Assembly: GCA_025359785.1 (NCBI GenBank)
Contig: JANYET010000002.1
Coordinates: forward strand, 40,598 to 104,597
Direction: 5' to 3'
DNA length: 64,000 nt
Source of the DNA: Alphaproteobacteria bacterium
GTDB lineage: Bacteria; Pseudomonadota; Alphaproteobacteria; Caulobacterales; Caulobacteraceae
Part shown: positions 9,451 through 20,093 of the stretch, in pieces
How positions within the stretch are numbered: the first letter of the stretch is position 1
Layout of the letters: every line of letters starts with the position of its first letter
Program-made: the position numbers and the translations under genes
The notes under the pieces: generated by a model
Database searches by the model: none
What the model was told of the DNA's origin: nothing
Seen by the model: the letters and a program-made list of their open reading frames with translations, nothing else

Positions 9451-9491
9451 CCAGGCAAGCCAACTCCAGGCAAGCCAACTCCCGGCAAGCC
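9451..9491. repeat. 15-bp tandem repeat (2.7 copies) ccaggcaagccaact
   Basis: Two perfect copies (9451-9465 and 9466-9480) plus a partial copy cccggcaagcc. The repeat abuts the stop codon of the CpxP-like gene and lies upstream of ccmC. Confidence 0.85.
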
Positions 9492-10183
9492 TAGGAGTGT
9501 GGCGCGGGCGGGATCGGTGGCGTGCGGGACATTGGCGGATGCGGCGGGGTCGCCACCAGGGGCGGCATCGGCGGCATGCCCTCCATTCTGACCATCACCT
9601 TCATGTTGCCCATCATCGGCATCATCGGACCCATCGGGCCGAACATCATCATCGGCATCTGGTCGAAGACTTTTTTCTGCGACGGCTCGAGCTGGTCGTA
9701 GAACTTCCGCGTCGCCTCGATCCGGGCGTGCGACTGGCTGGCCTGTTCGGCCATGTGGGCTTCCATTTCGGCCAGACGCTTGGGGGTCGTCTTGGCGTCA
9801 TGGCGATCGGACATCTCGACGATGTGCTCGGGGTGATGCGTCGGTTTCACGGCCGCGAGATAGGCGGTCAGCGCGGCCTCCTGGCCGGGCTTGAGCTGGA
9901 GCATCGTCCGCAGATGCTCGGCCGGGGCCATGTGGTGGCCCTCGTGATCGTCGCGGATGATCATCCGACGCTCGAAGTGGCGTTCGCCGCCGCCATCGCC
10001 GAGCGCGTCGCCATGCTCGACGTGGCGCTCGACGTGGCGCTCGATATGGACGGTCCCGCGCGCATCCTGCTCAGCGTCACGCTGCGCGTCGGCGGCCGAG
10101 GTCTGGGCATAGGCTATGCCGCTGGCGGTGGCGCAGAGGGCGAAGGCCGCCCCGGCGAGATAGGCTGTCCATGACCGCGACAT
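9491..10183 (-). CDS. Spy/CpxP (LTxxQ-type) family periplasmic protein, His- and Met-rich
   Basis: Signal peptide MSRSWTAYLAGAAFALCATASGIAYAQ and SD caggaga. FYDQLEPSQKKVFDQM and LKPGQEAALTAYL motifs resemble CpxP/ZraP helices. Also a HIERHVERHVEH repeat and a C-terminal MPMMMFGPMGPMMPMMGNM tract. Confidence 0.65.
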   Translation of the reverse strand: MSRSWTAYLAGAAFALCATASGIAYAQTSAADAQRDAEQDARGTVHIERHVERHVEHGDALGDGGGERHFERRMIIRDDHEGHHMAPAEHLRTMLQLKPGQEAALTAYLAAVKPTHHPEHIVEMSDRHDAKTTPKRLAEMEAHMAEQASQSHARIEATRKFYDQLEPSQKKVFDQMPMMMFGPMGPMMPMMGNMKVMVRMEGMPPMPPLVATPPHPPMSRTPPIPPAPHS

Positions 10184-10301
10184 GCGTTGGGTCTCCTGTT
10201 GAATGGTCGAGCCTCACACTCCGGGCAGAAATTGGCGAAACGGCGCCCTGTGACGTGAAGCTTTGGTAATCTCGGCAAGGCCTTGGGAAAGGTGCGAGGC
10301 G

Positions 10302-10979
10302 TCAGCTCAGCGCGTTGCGGCAGGCCGCGGCCATGGCGAGCGGACCCAGCGCCACGGCGGCGGCGGCGTAGGCGCACAGCAGGGCGAACCCGGACGTCCA
10401 GGGCAGGCCGCTGGCGAAGGCCGACAGCGCACCGCCGCCGAAGATCACCGGCGGCACGAACAACGGCAGGACGATCACCGCGGTCAGCAGGCCACCTCGG
10501 CGCGCGCCGAGGCTCAACGCCGCCCCGATCCCGCCGGTGAAGACAAAGGCCAGGCCGCCCACCAGGGCGCAGGCAAAGATCAGCGGCGCCATCGCCGCGG
10601 GGGCGCCCAGGCTCATCGCCGCGATGGGCGCCGCCAACGCCAGCGGCGCGCCGGTCGCCAGCCACTGGCCGAAGCACTTGGCCGCGCAGGTCAGCTCCAG
10701 CGGGACCGGCGACAGCGACAGGTGGTCGAGCGCGCCGTCCTCGTAGTCGCGCTCGAACAGGCGATCCAGGGACAGCAGGCTCGCCAGCGCCAGCGCCACC
10801 CAGGCCGCGCCGGGCGCGATGGCCGCCAGCCGTTGCGGCTCCGGCCCGATGGCCAGCGGCAACAGGGTGGCGACGCCGGCATAGAACCCCACGCTGACCA
10901 GCGGCCCGCCGCCACGGCCCCAGGCCAGCGCGGTCTCGCGGGAAAGCAGTGTGGCCAGGCGGCTTGGCGGCCGGCTCAT
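10302..10979 (-). CDS. ccmB: heme exporter protein CcmB
   Basis: Internal ATG ([15 protein letters not shown]...) of ORF 10302..11483, with ATGA overlap with the ccmA stop. 225-aa polytopic protein. Confidence 0.9.
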   Translation of the reverse strand: MSRPPSRLATLLSRETALAWGRGGGPLVSVGFYAGVATLLPLAIGPEPQRLAAIAPGAAWVALALASLLSLDRLFERDYEDGALDHLSLSPVPLELTCAAKCFGQWLATGAPLALAAPIAAMSLGAPAAMAPLIFACALVGGLAFVFTGGIGAALSLGARRGGLLTAVIVLPLFVPPVIFGGGALSAFASGLPWTSGFALLCAYAAAAVALGPLAMAAACRNALS

Positions 10980-11578
10980 GCGCCGATCTCCAGGACCTTC
11001 GCGGCGATCGGCAGGGGATCGTGCACCGCCGCCAGGATGAGGCCGCCACCCGCCAGATGCGCCTGCATCATTTCGCCGAAGCGGCCGCGCCAGCGCGCGT
11101 CGAGCGGGCTCAAAGGCTCGTCGAGCAGCCAGAGCGGGCGCGGCGCGGCCAGCAGGCGCGACAGCGCCAGGCGCCGGCGCTGTCCGGCCGACAGCCGCCG
11201 GACCTCCAGGTCGAGCAGCGACGTCAACTCCAGCGCCTGCGCCGCCGCCATCGCCGCCGCCTCTGTCCCGCCGCTCCAGACGCTCCAGAAGTCCAGTTCC
11301 TCGCGGGTGGTCCGCGAGGGCTTCAGCCCGTCCTGATGGCCCACCAGATGCAGGCCGCCGCCGCGCGCCTCGCCGGCCTCGACGCCGCCGAACGTCACCG
11401 CGCCCGCCTCCAGCGGCACGAGGCCGGCCACCGCGCGCAGCAGGCTGGTCTTGCCCGCGCCATTGGCGCCGGTGAGCGCGCAAGCCTCGCCGGCCTTCAG
11501 GCTCAGCGACAGGTCACGGAACAACTCTCGCCCGCCGCGGCGCACGCTCACATCGCGCAGGTCGAGGACGCCGATCAT
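10976..11578 (-). CDS. ccmA: heme ABC exporter ATP-binding protein CcmA
   Basis: Walker [12 protein letters not shown], signature LSAGQRRR and Walker B LWLLDEP. The start is either ATG 11578 (MIGVLDL) or ATG 11599. Confidence 0.85.
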   Translation of the reverse strand: MIGVLDLRDVSVRRGGRELFRDLSLSLKAGEACALTGANGAGKTSLLRAVAGLVPLEAGAVTFGGVEAGEARGGGLHLVGHQDGLKPSRTTREELDFWSVWSGGTEAAAMAAAQALELTSLLDLEVRRLSAGQRRRLALSRLLAAPRPLWLLDEPLSPLDARWRGRFGEMMQAHLAGGGLILAAVHDPLPIAAKVLEIGA

Positions 11579-11776
11579 CGTCCGCCCAAGCTGGACCATG
11601 GATGGGCTCGGGAGCGTACATGGACGCGCAAGACTCTGGGGTCTATGAAGCGCGCGGTCGCCGTCCCCTTGGAGGACCCTCGCCGCGCAGGCTCGGACGC
11701 TGTGTGTCCGTTCATCAAAGCGCGCGATCTCCGAGGAGGGCGTGGTGCGACCGGGACAGAGAGAGGATCTCCCCAA

Positions 11777-14476
<2,700 letters not shown>

Positions 14477-14580
14477 CGCCGTCGAACCGAGCTCTGGACG
14501 GGCGGTCCGCGGGCCGTCCGTCCACCGCTCACGCCTTGTTGCAATTTACAGGGCCGGAAAGCGCCTTTAAGCCCGAGGCC

Positions 14581-15294
14581 ATGCGGAAAGCAGCGCTTTT
14601 CAGCCTGACCTTGCTCGCCCTGCCGTTCCTGGTCTCAGCCGGGGCGGCGGCGGCGAAGCCCTACGTGGTGGTCGAGCTCTACACGGCCCAGGGCTGCGCC
14701 TCGTGCGCCGAGGCCAACGCCCACGTCGCCAAGCTCGCCGACAAGCCGGGCATTCTCGCGCTGACCTTCTCGGTCGACTACTGGGACTATCTTGGCTGGG
14801 CCGACACCTTCGCCAAGCCGGAGTTCGCCCAGCGGCAGAAGGCCTACGTGACCAGGCTTTCGCTCCGCGAGCCCTACACGCCGCAGGTGGTGGTGGATGG
14901 CCTGGCCCAGGCCTCCGGCGCTAAGGCCGAGAAGGTCGACAAGTTGGTTGCCGATGCGCGCAAGGCCGCGCCGCGCGGCGCGCCCGACATCCGCTTCGTC
15001 CGCCACGGCCGCGTGCAGGTGGGCTCGGCCCGAGCGCCCAAGGGCGCCGCCGAGGTCTGGCTGATCCGCTACGATCCGCGCGCCCAGGAGGTCGCCGTCA
15101 AGACCGGCGACAACAAGGGCCAGATCCTGCCGGAGCGGAACGTGGTCAGAGACCTTGTCCGCCTGGGCGCCTGGCGCGGCAAGCCGGTGGTCTTCCGTCT
15201 GCCGGCGGCGTCCGAGGAAGGGCTGAAGGCGGTCGTTCTGGTCCAGGCTGGACGCGGCGGCCGGGTGATCGGCGCGGCCGAACCCAAGTCCTGA
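14581..15294 (+). CDS. DUF1223 (thioredoxin-like) secreted protein
   Basis: Start at MRKAALFSLTLLALPF (signal peptide). ELYTAQGCASCAEAN motif characteristic of DUF1223. Confidence 0.8.
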   Translation: MRKAALFSLTLLALPFLVSAGAAAAKPYVVVELYTAQGCASCAEANAHVAKLADKPGILALTFSVDYWDYLGWADTFAKPEFAQRQKAYVTRLSLREPYTPQVVVDGLAQASGAKAEKVDKLVADARKAAPRGAPDIRFVRHGRVQVGSARAPKGAAEVWLIRYDPRAQEVAVKTGDNKGQILPERNVVRDLVRLGAWRGKPVVFRLPAASEEGLKAVVLVQAGRGGRVIGAAEPKS

Positions 15295-15312
15295 GCGCGC
15301 GCCTCAGGCCCC

Positions 15313-15351
15313 AAAAGAAAAACCCCCGCAGCTGGAGAGCACCTGCGGGGG
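15313..15351 (-). terminator. intrinsic terminator with no upstream minus-strand CDS
   Basis: Minus strand reads CCCCCGCAG-gtgctctccag-CTGCGGGGG followed by TTTTTCTTTT. The U-tract is only on the minus-strand reading. The nearest genes on both sides are plus-strand. Confidence 0.6.
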
Positions 15352-15455
15352 TTCATGACGTTAGAAAGCAAGACGTCGGCTGGTCAGTCCGCCGATCCAG
15401 GGGGGCTGGGGGGCTGTTCAGGATCCGGACCGCCGTCTCTGACCAACCGACCTTC
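15352..15455 (-). ncRNA. candidate small RNA body (long stem-loop with C-rich apical loop)
   Basis: 13-bp stem GUCGGUUGGUCAG (15451-15439) pairs with CUGACCAGCCGAC (15387-15375). Inner helices are UCCG/CGGA and GAUCC/GGAUC. The 22-nt loop is UGAACAGCCCCCCAGCCCCCCU. The terminator at 15313-15351 follows. The 5' end and promoter are not defined. Confidence 0.35.
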
Positions 15456-15586
15456 ACAATATCGCGGCCGCATCGGGCGCTCGCGGGTCGACAATAAGGT
15501 CATTTCGCGGCGATCACGTTTCAGGCGGCGCCCGCACCCCGTTCTGCGCTGGCGAGCCGCGGCGATTTGGGTTTACCCTGTGGGCG

Positions 15587-15922
15587 ATGGCTTTCGACAC
15601 GTCCCACGCGTCGCCGCGTCAGGCGACCGTCTTTTTCGAGCGGCGCGAGCTGACCCGCCTGCTTTCCCTCTATGGCCGGATGGTTTCCGCCGGCGAATGG
15701 CGCGACTACGCCATCGATGGCCTGAGCGAATCGGCGGTGTTCTCAGTCTACAAGCGCAGCTCCGAGGCGCCGCTCTACCGCGTCGAGAAGCGCCCGGCGC
15801 TGGCCCGCAAACAGGGCGCCTGGGCGGTGATCGGCCAGGGCGATATGATCCTGCGCCGCGGACACGAGCTGGAGCAGGTGCTGCGGTTCTTCGACCGCGG
15901 CCGGTTCAAGGTCGTCGACTGA
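15587..15922 (+). CDS. DUF2794 domain protein
   Basis: 111 aa. FFERRELTRLLSLYGRMVSAGEWRDYAID is the conserved DUF2794 core. Confidence 0.75.
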   Translation: MAFDTSHASPRQATVFFERRELTRLLSLYGRMVSAGEWRDYAIDGLSESAVFSVYKRSSEAPLYRVEKRPALARKQGAWAVIGQGDMILRRGHELEQVLRFFDRGRFKVVD

Positions 15923-15958
15923 CTTACCTCCCGCCGCTTCACGGGGAAGGAAAGAAAA

Positions 15959-15984
15959 AGCCCCGGAGGTTTCCCGCCGGGGCT
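15959..15984. terminator. hairpin between convergent genes (possible bidirectional terminator)
   Basis: AGCCCCGG-aggtttcccg-CCGGGGCT lies between the DUF2794 stop (15922) and the BI-1 stop (16009). The upstream A-run aaagaaaaag would give a U-tract for the minus-strand reading. Confidence 0.4.
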
Positions 15985-16008
15985 GATCTCTCGATCCTTG
16001 CGGAGCGC

Positions 16009-16758
16009 TTAGCGGCGGCTGCCGGTCAGGCTCATCAGGAATTGGAAGAGGTTGATGAAGTTCAGATAGAGGTTCAGGGCCCCGTAGTTGGTGGCCACCG
16101 CCATCGACGCGCCGTCGCCGCCCAGCTGGTAGTAGGTCATCTTCAGGCGCTGGGTGTCCCAGGCGATCAGGCCGGCGAAGATCAGCACGCCGAGCAGGCT
16201 GATGATCATCGAGAAGCCCGCCGGATGCCAGAACATGCCGACCAGCGAGGCCAGCACCAGGCCGACCAGGCCGACCATCAGGAAACTGCCGAAGCCGGTC
16301 AGGTCCCGCTTGGTGGTGTAGCCGAACAGCGAAAGCGCGCCGAAGGCCGCGGCCGTGATCATGAACGTCGAAGCGACCGACGTGCCGGTGTAGGCGAGCA
16401 GCCAGACGCCGAGGCCGGCGCCGATGCCCGAGACCACCGACCAGTAGACGATGCCGGCTGCGCGGGGGCTCGGGTTGCGCATGAACATGGCGCCGATCAG
16501 CACCGCCAGCGGCAGGAACCGGACGATCATGCCCAGAGCCGTGAAACCGACCAGTCGGCCGTCCGGCGTGACATTGTAGAGCAGCTGTTGAACCGGCGCG
16601 AAGTCGGCGGTCAGCCACGCGAGGCCGGCCGAGAGCAGCAGGCCCAGCGCCACCTTGTTGTAGACCCCGAGCATGAAGCTGCGGAGGCCCACATCAACCG
16701 ACATGTCGGCCTGGCCCGCTTGGACCGAGCCCGCATAGCCGCGGTTGAAGTCGCTCAT
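16009..16758 (-). CDS. Bax inhibitor-1/YccA/YbhL family membrane protein
   Basis: Start trimmed to MSDFNRGYAGSVQAG. Seven-TM protein with the conserved C-terminal LYLNFINLFQFLM motif. Confidence 0.85.
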   Translation of the reverse strand: MSDFNRGYAGSVQAGQADMSVDVGLRSFMLGVYNKVALGLLLSAGLAWLTADFAPVQQLLYNVTPDGRLVGFTALGMIVRFLPLAVLIGAMFMRNPSPRAAGIVYWSVVSGIGAGLGVWLLAYTGTSVASTFMITAAAFGALSLFGYTTKRDLTGFGSFLMVGLVGLVLASLVGMFWHPAGFSMIISLLGVLIFAGLIAWDTQRLKMTYYQLGGDGASMAVATNYGALNLYLNFINLFQFLMSLTGSRR

Positions 16759-16918
16759 TTGAGCAAAACCCTTGATTTGAACGTCCCCATTGGACGCAGA
16801 TGAAATATCGGAGCCCCGTGCGGCGGAAGCAAGGCCTTGTTGCACAAGGTCTCGTTAAGACGTCGCGGCGGCTCGACGCGGATTTTGCGGGTCCGCCCGG
16901 CCTGGTCTAGAGAAGCGT

Positions 16919-17455
16919 ATGATCCGGCTCTTCGCCGCCCTGGCGATCCCCGAGGACATCGGCCAGGCGCTTGCCCGCCGGCAAGTGGGCGTGGACGGCG
17001 CGCGCTGGCGGCCGTTGGACGCGCTGCACATCACGCTCCGGTTCTTCGGTGATATCCGCGAGGACCTGGCCCGCGACCTGGACGCGGAGCTGATCTGCCT
17101 GCACAGCCAGGCCTTCGACCTGGAGCTCTCCGGTGTCGGCGCGTTCGGCGAGGGCCCGGACCTGCATGCCCTGTGGGCCGGCGTCGCCGAGAATGAACCC
17201 CTTCGGCGGCTCGCCAAGGCCTGCGAGAGCGCCGCGCGGCGCGTCGGCCTGAAGCCCGAGACGCGGCTCTATCGCCCGCATGTGACCCTGGCCTACCTGC
17301 GCCACCCCGATCCGGCCGAGGTCGCCGCCTGGATCCAGGCCAACAACCTGCTCAAATCGCCGCCGATCCGCGCGACGCACTTCGGGGTCTATTCAAGTTT
17401 CCTGGGCTCGGAGCAGTCGCACTATCGGCTGGAGGCGGCGTATCCGCTTCTCTAG
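16919..17455 (+). CDS. thpR: RNA 2',3'-cyclic phosphodiesterase (2H phosphoesterase, ThpR/LigT)
   Basis: Two HxT motifs (HITL and HVTL), 178 aa. Confidence 0.8.
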   Translation: MIRLFAALAIPEDIGQALARRQVGVDGARWRPLDALHITLRFFGDIREDLARDLDAELICLHSQAFDLELSGVGAFGEGPDLHALWAGVAENEPLRRLAKACESAARRVGLKPETRLYRPHVTLAYLRHPDPAEVAAWIQANNLLKSPPIRATHFGVYSSFLGSEQSHYRLEAAYPLL

Positions 17456-17457
17456 TT

Positions 17458-17562
17458 CCTCCCCATCGGGGGAGGTGGCGCGCAGCGCCGGAGGGGGCTT
17501 CCGCTCAAACCTAGGATGACCCCCTCAATCCGCTTCGCTGACAGCTCCCCCGATGGGGAGCA
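17458..17562. repeat. nested-hairpin intergenic repeat, copy A
   Basis: CCTCCCC-catc-GGGGGAGGTGGC..AGCGCCGGAGGGGGCT..CCCCCTCAATCCGCTTCGCTGACAGCTCCCCCGATGGGGAGCA. Shares 5' and 3' modules with 50275-50420. Fills the gap between convergent thpR and DUF2237. Confidence 0.8.
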
Positions 17563-17565
17563 ACT

Positions 17566-17943
17566 TCAGACCGCGAAGTCCTTCAGCACGCCGAGCGGCA
17601 CGATGGCGAGAGTCTCCTCGTGGGTGGCGTCGAGCACCAGCTGCGGCGCGGCGCCGGCGTCCAGCGCTTCCTTCCAGCGCGGCGCGCAGAGGCACCAGCG
17701 GTCGCCGGGCTTGAGCCCCGGGAAGCCGGAGTCCGGGACGGGAGTCGTCAGGTCATTACCGGCGGCGCGGCTGAAGGCCAGGAATTCCGCCGTCATCACC
17801 GCGCAGACGGTGTGCAGGCCGAGGTCCTCGTGGCTGGTCTCGCAGCAACCGTTGCGGAAGAAGCCGGTGAGCGGGTCGACCGAACAGGGCTTCAATTCCC
17901 CGCCCAGGACGTTCTTCGCCTGCGGATCGTAGCGTGTGGTCAT
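17566..17943 (-). CDS. DUF2237 family protein
   Basis: 125 aa. GFFRNGCCETSHEDLGLHTVCAVMT and RWCLCAPRW motifs are typical of DUF2237. Confidence 0.8.
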   Translation of the reverse strand: MTTRYDPQAKNVLGGELKPCSVDPLTGFFRNGCCETSHEDLGLHTVCAVMTAEFLAFSRAAGNDLTTPVPDSGFPGLKPGDRWCLCAPRWKEALDAGAAPQLVLDATHEETLAIVPLGVLKDFAV

Positions 17944-17972
17944 GAGCCCACCCTAGCCGCTAAGGTCGCGCC

Positions 17973-18860
17973 ATGTCTTCACGCGACAGTTCCTCCCCTC
18001 AGGGGCGCCCACGCCGCAGCGTGCTCTACCTGCCGGGATCGAACCTGCGCGCCATCGAAAAGGCCCGCACCCTGGCCTGCGACGTGGTGGTGCTCGACCT
18101 GGAGGATTCGGTCGCCCCCGACACCAAGATCGCGGCGCGCGCCCTGGCCTGCGAGGCGGTGCGGCTGGGCGGGTTCGGGCCGCGCGAGCTGGTGCTGCGT
18201 GTCAACGGGCTGGACACGCCCTGGGGCGCCGACGACCTGGCCGCCGCCGCGCAGGCCGCGCCCGATGCGGTGCTGGTCCCGAAGGTCAGCGCGCCAAGCG
18301 ATCTGGCCGCCTACCGCGCGGCGCTGGGCGCCAGGGCCCCTCTGTGGGCGATGATCGAGACCTGCCAGGCGATCCTGGCGCTGGACGCGCTGGGCCAGGC
18401 GTCGCGGGCGCAGGATGTCGCCTGCTGGGTGATCGGGGTCAACGACCTGATCAAGGAGATGCGCTGCCGCGCGGTTGCGGACCGCGCGCCGCTGTTGCCG
18501 GCCCTGGCGCTCAGCGTCATGGCCGCGCGGGCCTATGACCTCACCATCGTCGACGGTGTCTATAACGATATTCCGGACCTGGACGGGCTGGCTCGTGAGT
18601 GCGCGCAAGGCTCAGACCTCGGCTTCGACGGCAAGAGCCTGATCCATCCGACGCATCTGGCAGCCGCCAACCGCGCCTTCGCGCCGGAACCGGCGGCCGT
18701 CGCCTGGGCGCGGACAGTGGCGCAGGCCTTCGATTCGCCTGAAAATGCCGGCAAGGGCGTCCTCAAGATCGAGGGGCGCATGGTGGAGCGGCTGCATCTG
18801 GCCCAGGCGCTGCGGCTGATCGCGGTGGCCGAGGCCATCGCGGCGCATGAGGCGGCTTGA
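17973..18860 (+). CDS. HpcH/HpaI aldolase / citrate lyase beta (CitE)-like CoA-ester lyase
   Basis: 295 aa. RSVLYLPGSN..DVVVLDLEDSV and GFDGKSLIHPTH motifs of the CitE family. Confidence 0.8.
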   Translation: MSSRDSSSPQGRPRRSVLYLPGSNLRAIEKARTLACDVVVLDLEDSVAPDTKIAARALACEAVRLGGFGPRELVLRVNGLDTPWGADDLAAAAQAAPDAVLVPKVSAPSDLAAYRAALGARAPLWAMIETCQAILALDALGQASRAQDVACWVIGVNDLIKEMRCRAVADRAPLLPALALSVMAARAYDLTIVDGVYNDIPDLDGLARECAQGSDLGFDGKSLIHPTHLAAANRAFAPEPAAVAWARTVAQAFDSPENAGKGVLKIEGRMVERLHLAQALRLIAVAEAIAAHEAA

Positions 18861-18871
18861 GGGAGAACCCG

Positions 18872-19546
18872 ATGCGGACCGCGTTCCTGCCTCTGCTGTT
18901 GGTCCTGGCGGGCCCGGCGCTCGCCCAGGCTCAGGCCCCATCGCAGGTGGCCGCCAGGCCGCCCAGCGACCCGATCAGCAATATTCTGATCCATGGCGCG
19001 CCGGGCGACGAGGACGAGCCCGACACCCAGGCGGCCCCGCGAACGGCGCCGGAGCCGGAACCTTCGCTGCTGCCCGGCGCGCCGGCGCCGCAAGCCCTGC
19101 CGAACGCGCCGCGCCCGCAGCTCAAGGCTCCGGTGCGCATCGAGGAAGCTGGCAAGACCCCTGACAGTCCGCCGCAGGTCCGCGACCTCGCCTACGACGC
19201 CCGTATCCGCGCCTCCTTCGCCTCGGCGCAGAGCTTTCAGGGGCCGCTGGACGGCGGCTGGACGCTCGCCGACCGCAATGGCGACCGCTACGTCCTGCAG
19301 ATCGTCGATCGCCGCGACCGCCTGGAGGCGGTGTGGCGGGACCTGCGCCGGGCCGGCGCGATCAACGCCTCGGGCCTGGTGGACAGCATTCAGCGCGCCG
19401 ACGGCGGGGTGACGCTGAAGTTCACCGAGGCCGAAACGCCCGACCTGACACTGACCTTGCGCCAGGGCGCGGACGGCCGTTGGGCCGGCAAGCTGGCGCG
19501 GGGAGATGCGACCTTCGACGTGACCCTGCGCCGGACGAACCCTTAG
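18872..19546 (+). CDS. hypothetical secreted protein
   Basis: SD gggaga precedes ATG 18872. Signal peptide MRTAFLPLLLVLAGPALAQAQA, a Pro-rich linker, then a globular C-terminal part. No family recognised. Confidence 0.6.
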   Translation: MRTAFLPLLLVLAGPALAQAQAPSQVAARPPSDPISNILIHGAPGDEDEPDTQAAPRTAPEPEPSLLPGAPAPQALPNAPRPQLKAPVRIEEAGKTPDSPPQVRDLAYDARIRASFASAQSFQGPLDGGWTLADRNGDRYVLQIVDRRDRLEAVWRDLRRAGAINASGLVDSIQRADGGVTLKFTEAETPDLTLTLRQGADGRWAGKLARGDATFDVTLRRTNP

Positions 19547-19962
19547 AGCCCCAGCGCCGCCCGCGCGGTGGCCAGGGCGGTAGCGAGCGAGGCCGGCGAA
19601 TAGGGCTCGGCGACGCCGAAACCCCAGACCGGCGCGGGCCAGGCGGCGTCTTCCGGACGCCGCGCGATGACGTGGATGTGGAGCTGGGCCGTGATGTTGC
19701 CGAGCTGCGCCACATTGAGCTTGCCGGCGGGCCGCCTCAGGGCCCCGGCGATGGCGCGCACCGCGCCGCCGGCCTGCAGCACCTCGTCCATCAGAACGTC
19801 GCGCTCGCCGGGCTCCAGGTCCTCCAGCTCGTAGGCCGCCGCCCGGCGCGGCAGCAGCACGATCCACGGAAACCGCGCGTCGGACTGCAGGCGGACATGG
19901 CTCAGCGCCAGGTCGCCCAGCGCTTCGGAGGTGGCGAGGAAGGCGGGATCGATCTTGAACAC
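19543..19962 (-). CDS. HIT (histidine triad) family protein
   Basis: GTG start. Histidine triad QLHIHVIAR. Confidence 0.8.
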   Translation of the reverse strand: MFKIDPAFLATSEALGDLALSHVRLQSDARFPWIVLLPRRAAAYELEDLEPGERDVLMDEVLQAGGAVRAIAGALRRPAGKLNVAQLGNITAQLHIHVIARRPEDAAWPAPVWGFGVAEPYSPASLATALATARAALGL

Positions 19963-20093
19963 CCGCCAAGCTGATCATGCCGCGCCAGGCCCGCCAAGCG
20001 TCATTCCCCCGACGCGACTCTCCAAGACGCAGCATTGCGGCTCGCCGCCGCGTGGGCTACGGACCCGCCGCAGCAGATATCAGGAGCGCGAGC

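Noticed and set aside
9451-9491. Tandem repeats considered as CRISPR-like arrays (with 51221-51248)
   Set aside because: The units are 14-15 bp and directly abutting with no spacers, only 2-3 copies are present, and there are no cas genes.
8678-10174. 498-aa plus-strand ORF
   Set aside because: It is antisense to ccmC and the CpxP-like gene. The sequence is low-complexity, Arg/Gly/His-rich, with no motifs.
10949-11776. In-frame N-terminal extension of the acnA ORF (1175 aa in the track)
   Set aside because: The extension overlaps ccmB and ccmA on the opposite strand. AcnA homology starts at [13 protein letters not shown] (ATG 11777).
15456-15530. EcfG/general-stress type promoter (GGAAC-N16-17-CGTT) or sigma-70 promoter for the candidate sRNA
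   Set aside because: The only match is TGAAAC-N18-CCTT, which is wrong in both spacing and the -10 element. TTGTCG and GATATT are 25 nt apart. The promoter is therefore left undefined.
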